Source of the DNA: Eledone cirrhosa
Lineage: Eukaryota
Assembly: GCA_964016885.1 (NCBI GenBank)
Contig: OZ024740.1
Span: 352,904,001 to 352,968,000, forward strand
Reading direction: 5' to 3'
DNA length: 64,000 bases
The translations under genes were made by a program, and so were the position numbers. Below the pieces are notes generated by a model. The model saw nothing but the letters and a program-made list of their open reading frames with translations. It made no database searches and was not told the DNA's origin. Positions 1 to 12,662 of this stretch are shown here, piece after piece (within the stretch, counting starts at the first letter, position 1; every line of letters begins with the position of its first letter).

Positions 1-201
1 GGGCAGGCAGTTTTTATCTGTCTGGTGGCCATGGCGAAAGAGATAGTATGGTGGACGCGTTTGAAATGGCTGAAGACGAGCACTTACCCCTTCGGTGATG
101 CTCTGATTAACTTTTTCAAATTTCATTTGAAAAGGAAAATCAGAGTAGAGAGGGAAGTGCTCTCTTCCCAGCATTTTGTTGAGTATGTGCCTGTAAATTG
201 A
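1..201 (+). pseudogene. 3' end of Tx1/L1-clade LINE ORF2 (cut by window edge)
   Basis: Frame 1 reads GQAVFICLVAMAKEIVWWTRLK...KRKIRVEREVL, homologous to the C-terminus of ORF 37684..40467 (EAVFLCVIAMAKEVVWWTRLK...RRIRMEREVL). Confidence 0.85.
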
Positions 202-289
202 AGGTGGGAAACTGGGAGGGGGCACTTGCCCTGGTGGTCAGGGTCGCCGTGGCTTTTTTAATGGGTTTTCTCCACGAATGTCCCAGTTT

Positions 290-3200
290 TTTTAACAGTT
301 TACCTCGTTTTCAACCATTCTAAACCTTTTATTCAAGTTTTAAACTTGAAGAAGAAGTGACCCACCTAATACAGGGGTTCACTCGTAAATAATACGGCAC
401 CCCTTAACGGGGTGTCGTATTATGTAAAAATATTATTTAAAAAAAAAATTTCTTTCAACATGGATAACACAAGAAAGAGAGAGAGAGCGCTGTCAGACAA
501 CACACAGAGAGGGAGACTTTGTCAACATATCAACAAGACAGCGTTCTAGCGAAGGTAAATATAAAAGAAAATATTACGAAGGAAAAGAGGAACAATATCA
601 TTTTTAATGATATTGTTACAGATTTAAAATTACCAAATATTTCTAAAAACAAACAACACAAACAACACCAACAATAACACCAAAAACAACACCATCAATA
701 ACAACAGCAACAACAAAAATAACAGCGGTAAGGTCGAGAACGACAATAACAATGACAATAACAACAGCCACAACAACAACAATAATAGTAGGAACAGTAT
801 CAACAAAAACAACAATAATTCCAACAGCCACAATAACAGTAACAACAGTAACAGTATCAACGAAAACAACAACAACAATAGCAACAACAGTACCAACGAA
901 AACATCAAAAATGACATCGATACCTGTAACAGCGATCTCAGCACCACCAGCAAGACCAGTAGCGGCAGCAATAGTGGTGCCGCTGAAAAAAGGACCACTT
1001 CTTTTGCAGGTGTGGCCCGAAATATCGAAGCAGTGTTAGTCACAGAGGAGGAGATGGCAGTCGCAAGGGACATGGTGGCAAGAAACGGCAATAGAGTTTC
1101 CCGGAAACCCCCACCCGATTTTTTCAAGGACCAGCAGCTAATGTTATCTCTGTGGGTCAAAGGGTCACCTCAGGGCCTTTTGCCCGCAGAAGACAGCGAA
1201 GAAGAAGGCCCCTCTCCTTCCAATACCTGGTCCGCTGCTACCAAGAGCAGGGCAAGCAACAAACGCAGAAGCCCCTTCCACGGTGAGTAGGAGGGCAACG
1301 TCCGTGGCACCTGTACCAAGGCCACGGACAACTAAAGCAGCGACAGCAGTGGCGGAAACACCAGTAGCTACATTTGCAGTAGCTGCACTAGCAACAAAAT
1401 CGCCGGAGAGGGCTCCACTACCACCACCAACAGCCATGGAGCACATACCCCTCCCAGACGCCACGGAATCCGACATGGAGTCTGAGGCGGGAGTGAAGTT
1501 GCAAACGGTCTGCCACAAAAAACAAAAAACAAAAACTCCTTAGCTTCACCCTCCAAAAGCGAAGGCACACAAAGAGGGGTAAAGGCTGCAAGGAGACTTG
1601 CAGCAACACCACCACCATCACCATCACCACCACAAGCACCACCGCCAACAACAACCACACCACCACCAGCATCACCAAAAACACCAACATCACAAACACC
1701 ACAAAACACACACACCCAACAGCAACAACAAGGAAACAGCAACAAAATCACCCTCCTCCCAAAAAGTACACAGCCATAAACATGGCAAATAAAGAACTCA
1801 TACAACATATAAAGCAGCACACAGACATCACAGAAAAAAACTACTACACCCCACCAACACCAAGAACTCTCCCGACAAACATAAGCATCATTGATATCAA
1901 AATAGAACAGTACAAACTTTTAAAACAAAAATTCCCCAACGCAGTTGGAGACTTCAGAGGGTCGGTTACCAAGAGGATATACACTGACATCCTCTTGGAA
2001 ACACCCATGACTAGCCAAAGGGACGGTTCTACCGTCCCTTCACCATACGATCAAGGTAAGTGACCCTTTCTCATCCAACATGGCCGTACTTAAAATAGGC
2101 AGTATAAATGCACGTGGCCTGGGGTCATCTTGGAAGCAGGGTCACCTGCTCAACGACCTTAGATCACTAAACATAGATGTGGTGGCCATCAGCGAGACCA
2201 GAATCTCCGAAGCACGAGCCTTCGCAACGATCTTCGGCGGCTACGATGTATACACATCTCCCAGCCGTCCAGGATCGGGGGGAGGGGTTGCCGTCCTTTT
2301 TCGGAGAGGCTTGGATCTCGCCATACGGGCCATCTTCCTGGACTCAGAAGGTAAGTCGGTGGTGCTGGACGTGACCGGCAGCGAAGGCAATGCTTTCAGG
2401 CTAGTAGCCGTCTACGCCCCAACTGGGGCAAGACGGCCAGATTTCTTCAGACGTCTAGAGACCTTTCTTGGAACGTCCCGCTCTTTAGCGTTAGTGGGCG
2501 ACTGGAACGGTATCTTGGATGCACGCTGGGATTGTGTGGGGCTAGTGGATAGGGGAGGAGGGTGCAAGAGCCTCACCAACCTGCTCAGACGTTTTGAACT
2601 GTCTGACAGGTATCGACTGGATCACCCGAATGTGCCAATGTGGACTTGGACAAACCGTATCGGGTCATCCAGATCGTATCTCGATAGGGTATTCTGCAGA
2701 GAACTAGATAAGGTTAGTATAAGTTGTCCACAATTTAAAATAGTCGACTACACCGACCACAAATTTGTGATCTGTGTTAAGCGGGCGTTGACGAGAGCGG
2801 TCGTCAACAACAGGTGGTGGTTCGCCCTGAAAAGGGCAATTAAAGTAGAGTCGATTAGGTTTAGCAAAGAACTAGTGATAGAGGAAAATAGAGTAGAGGG
2901 AGAGCTAGTCAGAAAGCTAGAAGAGGCGTTTAGGACAGGTATCGCAACCAACGTGCTTGCGGCGAGATTGGCACTCGACCAATTCTTCAACGCAAAACAC
3001 GAAGGCTGCGTTGTCAGAGCTAGAGCGCGTGCTCTGAAACACGAGGGGACAAAAGCCGTCCAATGGGCCCGAGTGGCAGAGGCGCGACGTGGCAACAAAG
3101 CCACAATTCGGTCTTTATCTGACCAAAACGGGCGCGTGTTGCTCGAATCCGAACAGATGTGTGAAGCTTTTCAGTAGCACTTTGCTGAACTGTTCGGGAG

Positions 3201-3385
3201 CAGCGGCGGGCCGGATCGGGATATGGATTTCAGTGCATACCTCGACGGACTACCTCGGCTCTCGACGACCGAAGCACAGTGTTGCGAAAAGCCAATAACA
3301 GCCGGTGAAATACGGGAAGTGATGGCTAACTGCACGAGGGGTAAATCGCCAGGTTTGGATGGTCTGCCCTACGAGCTTTATGCAT
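290..3385 (+). mobile_element. Tx1/L1-clade LINE, 5' half: 5'UTR, degraded Asn/Thr-rich ORF1 (460..2063), ORF2 APE endonuclease (2080..), 3'-truncated
   Basis: ORF 2080..3177 has APE motifs (SINARGL, ISETR, VGDWN, SYLDR, TDH); continues past a stop to KSPGLDGLPYELY; an internal deletion near 2775 is seen relative to the 37-50 kb copies. Confidence 0.85.
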
Positions 3386-3388
3386 TTA

Positions 3389-6176
3389 TTTATGCATTCT
3401 GCGCATGGTTAAGAATTTTCTAATTTTTGTATCGAGCCTACGGATCTCTGTGCTTGACCAGTTGATGACATTGTAACTGTAGGTTACTACTGGTATGGCA
3501 AGCGTGTTTATGGCATCGATCCTATTCTTTGCATTCAATTCCGTTCTTAAGATTGCTCTTACTCTGCGATAACATTCCTTCCTTATCCTTTCCCTCATTG
3601 TCGGGTGCTTGATTCCGTCTCCTTCACAAACACCTAGATATTTGTAAGTTTCCTCTTGATCAAGTTCTCTTATCACATCCCTCCGATCAAGATTAATGTC
3701 TGAACTTTTCAGCAGCTTTCCTCTGGTGAACGTTGCTTTGGCGCATTTATCTAGTCCAAACTCCATTTTAATGTCATCACTGAACTGCTCCACAGTGGAT
3801 AATAGCCCTTGCAATTGTTCATCATTTTTTTGCAAATAGTTTCAGGTCATCCATGTAGAACAAGTGATTAATGGTTTTGTCATAGTCTTTATATCCATGT
3901 TTTGTTTCATTGAGCATTTTACTTAATGGTATAAGTGCAATGCAGAATAAAAGCGGTGATAAAGAGTCACCCTGAAAAATTCCACAATTAATATTAACTT
4001 CTCCAGCTTCCAGTGATTCTTTTTCACTATTCAAAAGGAGTGTCGTTTTCCATGTCTTCATACTGAATGACAAGAACCTCCTGACAACGGGAGATATTTT
4101 GAAAATCTCTAAACATTTTTCAATCCAACTGTGTGGCAAACTATCGAATGCTTTTTTATAATCTATCCAAGCAATTGATAGATTTTCGTGTCTATTATGA
4201 CATTCTTCCAGTATCATTTTGTTAACCAAAAGCTGATCCTTACAGCCATATGAGCCTCGTTTACACCCTTTCTGCTCATTGGGAAATAGGTCATTTGTTA
4301 TCAGGTGGTCATATGTATATTCAGGTAGGACTGATGTTAAAATTTTATACATTGTGGTCAAGCAAGTTATCGGTCTGTAATTTTTGGGATTGTTTGTCTC
4401 ATCATTCTTCGGAAGCAGGAATGTAATGCCGTTAACTAGCCATGATGGTATCTTTTCTGGCTCCTTAACTATTTCATTGTAAAGTTGGGCTAACAGCTCA
4501 TGAGACTCTGTGAAGGCATTTATCCAAAAATTTGGTATTTTGTCTTTTCCTGGGGATTTCCATTTGCTGGTTTTTCTAAGAGCCAAACGCAACTGTTCAA
4601 CTGTTATATTTTCCCATATTTGTTCCTCAAGGTGAGCTGTATTTTTCATTTGTCTGTCTATCCATGGGGCATGTATATTATGAACTTTTTCTTCGTCCCA
4701 GATCTTTTCCCAGAATTCTTGTACTTCCTCCTTGGGTGGTATTGATTTAGCAGTTATTGTTGACTTGCCAATTTTTCTGTAGAAGTTTCTTTGGTTGTTT
4801 TTGAACATATTATTGTCCTTATAGAATCTAGATCGTTTTTCAAAGCGCCTTATACGAGCAGCTTTGGCCGACTCTTTTTGCTTTATTATTTCTATCAGCA
4901 TGTCTATGTCACTTGTTGATTTTATACTGTATTTTCTTTTCAATTTTCTAAGTTTAGTTTGTTTAACATGTTCACCTACTTTGTAGTTTGTTAAAATTTC
5001 TATGTCAGATCTGAGAAGGTTTATTTGGCGATTGATGTTCTCTTGCCAAGTAGATTTCTTATAGGAATTCCTTTGTTTTTTCATTTTCACTCCACATAAG
5101 TGAGTGGTGACTTTAGCCGATGCATAATAGAAATGATTTAAATCAATAATGTTTAGTTTGTTTGTGATGATAATGTTTTTGAGAATTATGTTAGTCTTGT
5201 GTATTATCTTTTAGTTCTGTTTGGAATTCTGGATCTTAGGGAGGGTGTCTCGTTCCCCCATGTCAGATTCTTTCATTTTCATCCATTCGATCATAATTTC
5301 ATCCTTCAAGTTGGCAAGTTCATTCTCATTCATTTCTTTATCATTTACGATCTCATTGTTTTCATTTTGAGTTTCATCTTGAGCATGCACTTCCTCCACT
5401 TTTTCGATCCTTTCTTTAATTTGTTCTGTTGTCAGTGATTCCGCCCCAACCCTGGGATTCGAAGTGTTACAATTTACCTCGCTTTCACTGACACATGTTT
5501 CATTTTCCCTTCGCTGACTGATGAATTTCTATATCAGTTAGTAACTTTTTTTTAACAATATTTCTTCGTATATTGTCTAGTTTGTTACTGTAATTATAGC
5601 CTCTGTTTTCGGGATGTTTCTTTTTCCAGTTGATATATGTCTGTTCTGTATTCGATCGATTTGATGGGTAGTACATGGCAGTGTAGAAAGCCTCAAGGAC
5701 TTCTTTATTGTTTTCCCTTGACCATTTTCTCTATTTTTCTTTGGATTTCTTGGTGGTGAGCATGGAGGGCCAACAGTAGGAGTATTCCGGTTATGGGAGG
5801 TCTCCAGCTCCGAAGTGATGGGAAGGTTTGAACCATTAGCTGATTTTTCGACCCCAGTCTGGTTCCTCTCTGAGGGACGCGGCTCTTTTTGACCCGGGTG
5901 ACGGCCGATCCGGTATGAGATTTTATCATTTGACATTTACTTTATTTTGTCGTGTTTTATCCTTAACCGCTAAGGGGTAATCATTTCGTGTTACCACTTC
6001 TAGAACGAGTGTCAACCAAGACTAGAAGGGTCGTCCTCCCCTAGAGACACGGCTATTCCCCGCCGGTCGCCATCCCGGTATTTCTTGGTCACGGGGTTTT
6101 CTTTTTTGTTGTCTTTTAAATTGTTATTATCATGAGTGGTTCCTTAATGTGAGCATTGCGTGGCTTAAGAATGAAA
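3389..6176 (-). mobile_element. R4/Dong-like RLE non-LTR retrotransposon, 5' end and RT, 3'-truncated and frameshifted
   Basis: ORFs 3822..5090 and 3386..3835: NYRPITCL, WIDYKKAFDS, GIFQGDSLSPLLF, HLFYMDDLKLF, YKYLGV; the 5' end abuts a short (TAA)n run at about 6176-6190. Confidence 0.85.
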
Positions 6177-7065
6177 TTATTATTAATAATATATATACTT
6201 TTTGCTGAAGTTGCCTGTTATTGTTGTTGGCTATATCGGTGGTGGTGCTGGGGCTTTTTCTATTGTTGGTGGGGAAGGGGGGACCCAGCAGTGCCATAGT
6301 CGTTGACGTTTGACCGAGTCACTAAGTCAGTCTATTTATATCTTTTGCTAGCCTCTCCCTTGTCTAATGATACCGCCACCTTCCCCTTTCTTAAGTTAAC
6401 AGAAGGTAGTGGGGGAATAGTGGTAGTAGCAATGAAGGAGTGGCGGCGGCGGTGATGGGATAGTGGTAGCAATGATGGAGTGGTGGCGGCAGTGACTATA
6501 GTGATGGCGTTGTCGTTACTGAGTTTTGTTTAATATACTGTAGTAGTATGCGTTTGTTTGATCTGTGTATCTATGCGGTTTGTCGCGTATGTTTAATATA
6601 TGTGTTGACATATTCCCTTAATACTTGAATTAAACATTTTGAGAAAACTTGAGATACAATAATAGTAATTATTATTATTATGCTGGGATTGGTGGTGGTG
6701 GTGCTGGTGGTGAAATTGCCGTTATCTGGCTGTTGTATTTAGTGTACACAGAGGGGTGATGGGATAGGTGGTGTATCTAGTTTGTGGTGTTGGTGAAATT
6801 GCTGTTATTTGGCTGTTCTATATAGTGTAGACAGAGGGGGTTTTCTTCCATTTATAACCATTTTCTTTTTTGAATATAAAATTTATAATACAAAATTGAA
6901 TATTTGAGCGATATAACAGGATATTATGGATCCGAATTTTCCGAGAGTGGAGTCTGGTGCTTTATGTATCATTTGTACTAAGAATTGTTATATCACAATT
7001 GTTTTAAATATGTTAGAAATCAAAAACTTACGGGAGCGATTTCATACCATTCTATCCACCGCGTG

Positions 7066-7281
7066 CTTCTTCTTCTTCTTCTTCTTCTTCTTCTTCTTCT
7101 TCTTCTTCTTCTTCTTCTTCTTCTTCTTCTTCTTCTTCTTCTTCTTCTTCTTCTTCTTCTCCTCCTTCTCCTCCTCCTCCTCCTCCTCCTCCTCCTCCTT
7201 CTTCTTCTTCTTCTTCTTCTTCTTCTTCTTCTTCTTCTTCTTCTTCTTCTTCTTCTTCTTCTTCTTCTTCTTCTTCTTCTT
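7066..7281. repeat. (CTT)n/(CCT)n microsatellite
   Basis: About 215 bp of CTT with a central CCT block. Confidence 0.98.
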
Positions 7282-7379
7282 GGAAACTGGAATGTTTTCA
7301 AGCATTCACAACCCTCGGTCAATCATGCAAACACCACCATGCCATTCTATAGAGGGTTAATGACAACGACGTTTTGGGG

Positions 7380-7970
7380 GTAACTCTGGGCGTCGAAGAA
7401 AGTGTCGCGGATCCACCGTGGACTCTTTCGGCCTCCACTGCTTTCTTGTCGCTACAGAGCCGGCCGCCTCCCACGCCATGCTGCTCTCAGCGAGGTCATA
7501 AAGCATGGATTGGATGCTGCAGGCTTCCCTTCCCAGCTCGAGCCAGTGGGGTTGGACCGAGGGGACGGTAAAAGGCCAGGCGGCATGACCATCTTCCCGT
7601 TCAGCGGTGGTAAGCCTCTCGACTGGGATTCCACTTGCAGCGACACATTCTCCAGCGGCAACCTGGTGCAGTCTGCGACTAACCCATGTTCTTCTGCACT
7701 TCGGGCTGAGGAGGGTAAACTCTCCAAGTATCGGTCGCTCTCCGACAGGTTTGCAGTAGCCCCTAGAAGTGGAGACTTCTGGTGTCCTTGACCCTAGGGC
7801 TACCTCCCTACTTACTACCATAGTTGCTGAGCTGGGGAGCCGGAGATGTGAGCCTCGCGAGATGGAATGGCTCTTCCAGCGCATCTCCCTTACCATCCTC
7901 CGGGGAAACTGCTTCTCCATTCTGGCCGTGAGGCGGCCAGTAGGTGGGACTCTCATTTGCTCATAATAGT
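7380..7970 (+). mobile_element. CRE-clade RLE retrotransposon 3' fragment
   Basis: RHAALSEVIK...EPVGLDRGDGKRPGGMTIFPFSGGKPLDWDSTC and WLFQRISLTILRGN match the CRE-type restriction-like endonuclease C-terminus. Confidence 0.7.
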
Positions 7971-8595
7971 GAGAACTGGAGAGGGCGAGAGAGATGGAGG
8001 CGATGACAGTGGGGCGATGGAGGCGATGACAACGATGGGGCCCACTCACATATGTTCTATTTCACTGAAATTTAAAGAATGCGATCTTGTTTCCCTCAAA
8101 ACATTTAGAGCATGAAAGATATCTATGACAAGAAAGAAATACTAAAATAAAGACATGAATGAATATGTTTTTTTGTGTTTATGAAAATGGGCTTGTCGAA
8201 ATATATTTATGCTCAGAAACATTTTCCTCTCATGCTTGAAAGACCGTAAGCAACAAAAACATTCTTCTTTCTAGATCATGACTAAGTATATTAAACAAAA
8301 CACCAAAAAACAGCACAGTACAACACAATATGGCACATGACGGAATAATGTGTGTTTTAACGTGTGAAAAGGTGGTAGCAAAATCCCAAAACATTTCTTT
8401 AAAACCCAATCAAAAACGAAATTCCCAAAAAGTGGGGTGAGACTTGTTACAAGAATGGTGTAATAAATATACTTAGTCAGGTTTACTCATAATCTAGAAA
8501 TTCAGGTCACACTGGTTCTTCTTCTTCTTCTTCTTGAAACACTCCTTCCAGTGGGTCTTGTCACCCAGCTGTGTATGTCAATCCTGTTCATGTAA

Positions 8596-8782
8596 ATAAT
8601 TGTTTCTATTTTTGGCACAAGGCTAGCAATTACCCAGTACATTTCTGGTACTTTATTTTATCGACCCCATAGGGATGAAAGGCAAAGTTAACCTCGACGG
8701 GATTTGAACTCAGACCGTAAAGGGACGTAACTATGCTAGAAAGCATGGCGTCCAACACTCTACCGATACTGCCAATTCACCA
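8596..8782 (-). mobile_element. tRNA-derived SINE with Nin/Deu-like core
   Basis: Reverse complement has B-box GAGTTCAAATCC, core GCCTTTCATCC...GGGTCGATAAAATAAAGTACC and tail GTGCCAAAAATAGAAACAATTAT; same family as 15628, 20675, 54281, 63819. Confidence 0.85.
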
Positions 8783-8960
8783 GGAGATGTGACAGTACGC
8801 ACCCTTGGCGGAGTCCGACTCCCACATTGAATGGCTTCGATTTCCTGTTTCAGTTCATCTGCATTAATTATTATTACATTAATTCCCGAAGAAAATATAT
8901 TGACACATTAATAAATGCGCATTTCATATATTGTGAATTATATATATATATATATATATA

Positions 8961-9800
8961 CGAGGTACACTCAAGAGGTTTTAAGACTTTTATCTGAGAG
9001 ATATTTATTTAACTCAGATCAACACATAACTCTAGTGTCCCTCAAAGTAAGATCCTCTAATGCCAATGCACTTTTTGTAGCGCTCCAGCCACTTCTGGAA
9101 GGCCCCGTTGTAGTCCTCCAAAGCGAAGGTGTCCAGGGCGCTTGTCACAGTCTCCTTCATCTCCTCCACATCATCAAAACGAATATCCCTGATCTCAGCT
9201 TCGGGAACATCCAGAAGTCGTATGGGGTCATTCTGGACTGTAGGTATTATGAGAGACAGTCTTGACCCCCAGGATGGATCTGTGGCAGGGGGAATTGTCC
9301 TGGTGAGGTGCTACTGATCAGAATTGAAGAGTCCTGGCCTCAAAACCTCTACATAGTACTCTTTGTTGACTGTCTAGCTGTGGAGACCTAGTGGATGTAG
9401 ATGATGCCCTTGTTGTCGAAGAATGGGATTATCATAAGCTTCCCAGTGGACCTGCTTTGATTAGCTTTCTCGGATCTTGGAGAGTCAGAATGTTTCTACT
9501 GGACACTCATGGTCTCTGAATCATAACTGTAGACCCAGCTCTGGTCACCAGAGACTTAAGGACACTTGGATTCGAAGCGATCCACTCGACCATCTCCCTG
9601 CTCTCATCAACGAGCCGCTGTCTTTGGTGTTCATTGAGTACCCTGGGAACAAATTTTGCAAACATTTTTGTGCATGTTCAGATCGTCATGAATGACTCTG
9701 TGCACAGTTCCCTCAGTCACTTCAAATTGTTTAACAATCATCAGAGGAGATGTACGATGGTCCTCGTCCAGAAATTTGCAAATTTTGTCGATGTTAATGA
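8961..9800 (-). mobile_element. Decayed mariner (Tc1/mariner) DNA transposon
   Basis: TA-CGAGG terminus at 8959; minus-strand peptides KHSDSPRSEKANQSRSTGKLMIIPFFDNKGIIYIH, TVNKEYYVEVL and FQKWLERYKKCIGIRGSYFEG; multiple stops. Confidence 0.8.
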
Positions 9801-9845
9801 ACGGTTATTGTTGATGAGTTTTGCTGTATGAAATGGTACCATATA

Positions 9846-9949
9846 GGCTTTGTGAAAAGTTAGTGACAGTGTAAGTACAAAATTGAGTGGCACTGCTTTT
9901 AGTGTTTAGCAATTTTTAGACAACTTTATTAGTGAAACAATTGTTAGAC
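9846..9949 (+). ncRNA. Degenerate hammerhead ribozyme with long stem II (PLE pLTR relic)
   Basis: GTGAAAA core variant ... GAAA CAATTG TT; the insert resembles those at 18756 and 35214; stem I weak. Confidence 0.35.
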
Positions 9950-10237
9950 TGCAAATAAATCCCCTCTTTTGTACTGTTGACCATGTTATTCTCCACTTTT
10001 TCAATTTATTACTCCAAGATAAACTTATATAGGAATACAAGTGAAATCATAAACTAGTCATTTACGTAAACCTCTTGTTGAGTCAAACAACGCCGTACGC
10101 TAAAGCTATCCATAATAATAAGTATTCACAACCTCTAATTGGATTACCTATAACGATATTTTGTTATCCTTTATATATATATATATATATATTCTCACGT
10201 CGTGTAGACGCGTTCTTGAGACTAGTAAAATGAGGTA

Positions 10238-10327
10238 TCCTCTTGATAAGTCGGCAGACCTCGCAGAGACTCTATATCTTTATGATGTATTGTTTTTGTT
10301 TATGCCACGAAACTACGTAGTCGAGGA
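10238..10327 (+). ncRNA. Type I hammerhead ribozyme, U3-A8 core, extended stem II
   Basis: TCCTC-TTGATAA-GTCGGCA...TGCCAC-GAAA-CTACGTAG-TC-GAGGA: 5-bp stem I, palindromic stem III, GUC site. Confidence 0.8.
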
Positions 10328-10558
10328 ATCTAGGAGCAGTTTAGGTATGATACATTTTATTACTTATTATATCTAAATATTTCTTCTCTCTTCATAATGT
10401 ATTTTTAACTCTGATACTGGTTCAGTCTTGTTCAACCGGATTGGTCTGTCCCAGTCATTCATTGAGCAACATCGGTGAGGTTGGCACCCTTAACTCACGG
10501 TTGGGTGTGGATGCATTCATGTATATGTGTGTGTCCGCATATATCTGTGTGTTTCTAA

Positions 10559-10662
<104 letters not shown>

Positions 10663-10759
10663 CAATAAATCAATCAATCAATATTTATTATTTCAAATGA
10701 AATAATAGAACACAGAGAAATATGTGCACATACATAAACCATTTTAAAATAATGTCATA

Positions 10760-12110
10760 ATGTCGCGAGGGAGATAAAATAAGAGCTACCCAAGAGTTTA
10801 TATCATTGGCTTTTTGCTGAATTGCAGAGACTTTTGCATTCAGTTCTTTTGTGAGCATTCTTTGGAATGTGGTCTTCGGTCATTGTCTCTTACCACGACC
10901 TCCTGGTAGTTGATGTAGTAGAAGACACTCAGCATGGAAGGTACTAATTGGATGCCGGATTTGATGACCAATCCGTGTCAATCACCAGTTCCTAACCTGA
11001 ATATAGATGTGACTGCCCTGTGCGTGTGAAAAATTCTGTATTTGTTATGCGATCTTGGTATGTTACGCCATAGATGATGTGCAGACAATTTGTGTGAAAT
11101 GTGTTTACTGCTTGTTTTTATTTTTGCGAATGCACGATCCCTGTCTCGCAGCCACGAAGAAACACTGGCAGACATAGTGTATTATACATCTGTAACTTCA
11201 GATGTATAATACACTATGTCTGCCAGTGTTAATGTATAATACACTATGTCTGCCACTGATGCTCGCTTTCCAATCTGTCAAATATCATTCATTGCCTTAT
11301 AGGCTAATGCTCTCCTGTGAAGTATATTTTCCTCACCAGTGGGATTACAGCTGACGACCTTTGAGCCTAAGTAGATAAAACTAACTGTTCTTCTGAGTTT
11401 AGCATTATTTGCAATATTCCATTATCGTTATCAATGTTTAAACACATCTCCTTAGTTTTTGTTCCAGGCCAACAGTGTGTGCTTCGTATATTACGCGATT
11501 CAAATGATCTTGTGCTTTCTGTATTGAAGGCACAATTAAAACAATGTCATCTGCAATTTCTAGGTTTGATAACTTGATATCAGAAGTGAGCTCAATGCCT
11601 TCTTCAGGATCGGCTGCTTCTTTTAGAATGTGGTCGCTAATGATGACAAGTATACATTAGACTAAAGTATCTTCTTGTAATATGCCTTTCGTTATATTAA
11701 ATACGAAAGATTGTTTTTCATTGATATTTACTACAGCCGTTTGATTAACGTATAGGCATTCGATTGCAGGACTGATTTTCTCTGGTAGGCTGGTACCTCG
11801 CAAGATTTTAAAGATTGCAGTTCTGTCCACACTGTCAAAAGCCTTCCAGAAATCGATGAATACAACAACTACCGAAAGGCACCATTCTTCATACATTTCA
11901 AGTAATCGTTTTAAAGTATGTGTTTGTTCAGTGTAACTGCGAGATGGCCTAAACCCACTTTGAGTGTTGCCAATGTCACTATCGAGGCTTCTTAGTCTAT
12001 TCAGCAGTAATCGGTTGTACAGCTTTGCAGTATGATTGAGTAATGATATGCATATATAATTTGACATGTTACGCAAGTCACCTTTCTTGGGCAGAAAGAC
12101 TTTCTCCAAT
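10760..12110 (-). mobile_element. RTE-like LINE RT fragment, decayed
   Basis: LPKKGDLRNMSNY..ISLL, QSGFRPSRS, FIDFWKAFDSVDR, GILQEDTL; downstream YLGS-like motif. Confidence 0.75.
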
Positions 12111-12336
12111 CTATCTATATATATAGCAAATAAAATCACAGTTTAGGTGTTTCTGAAATAGACGGTCGATCGAACAGGAATTCGAGACTAGAAATAGGTA
12201 GTAATGTAACCACTACTACGCTAGTCGATACATCGATCTTCCACGACACGATCTATCGACCCTCGTAAAACAATGAACTAATTAACTACCTATCTCTGAC
12301 TTCTGTCTTGTTTTCATCGTTCTATATGTATGTATG

Positions 12337-12636
12337 TTTTCTCTTTCTCTTAATTTCGAGTATATTTTTTTGACCGGCCACGTTCCTGGTGGCAAGGTTG
12401 TAAAAGAAAAGAAATTGTCATCCCTTGAATCGCAAGAATGTTTTTCAAATTTTGAAGGTGCCAGCTATCGCAGCCATTTGTAGACTATGAATTAGGGAGC
12501 TGCGCTTTTTGTCCCCAAATCCAAGTTCAGTCATACTTTGGTCCAAGCGGGTTGGTATATAACCCGTAGCACCAATAATGATGGGTATGAAGTTAAAGGT
12601 GTATCTTGGATACTGGATTTGTAAACTCCTCATCAA
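12337..12636 (-). mobile_element. R4/Dong-like LINE 3' fragment, bounded by (TATG)n on both sides
   Basis: MRSLQIQYPRYTFNFIPIIIGATGYIP; near-identical to 51086..51384. Confidence 0.75.
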
Positions 12637-12662
12637 TGTATGTATGTATGTATGTATGTATG

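Noticed and set aside
630-1820. Leu-, Val-, His- and Thr-rich ORFs in the track
   Set aside because: Alternate frames of the low-complexity (AAC/CAC-rich) degraded Tx1 ORF1, not independent genes
6055-6097. Plus-strand GCCGGTCGCCATCCCGG resembles the twister ribozyme P4 loop
   Set aside because: No UAA cleavage loop or matching GAGGG pseudoknot strand, and it is antisense to the element
6926-7383. Poly-F/L/R/K ORFs
   Set aside because: Translations of the (CTT)n microsatellite; the YI, CV and TH repeat ORFs elsewhere arise likewise from (TA)n and (CA)n
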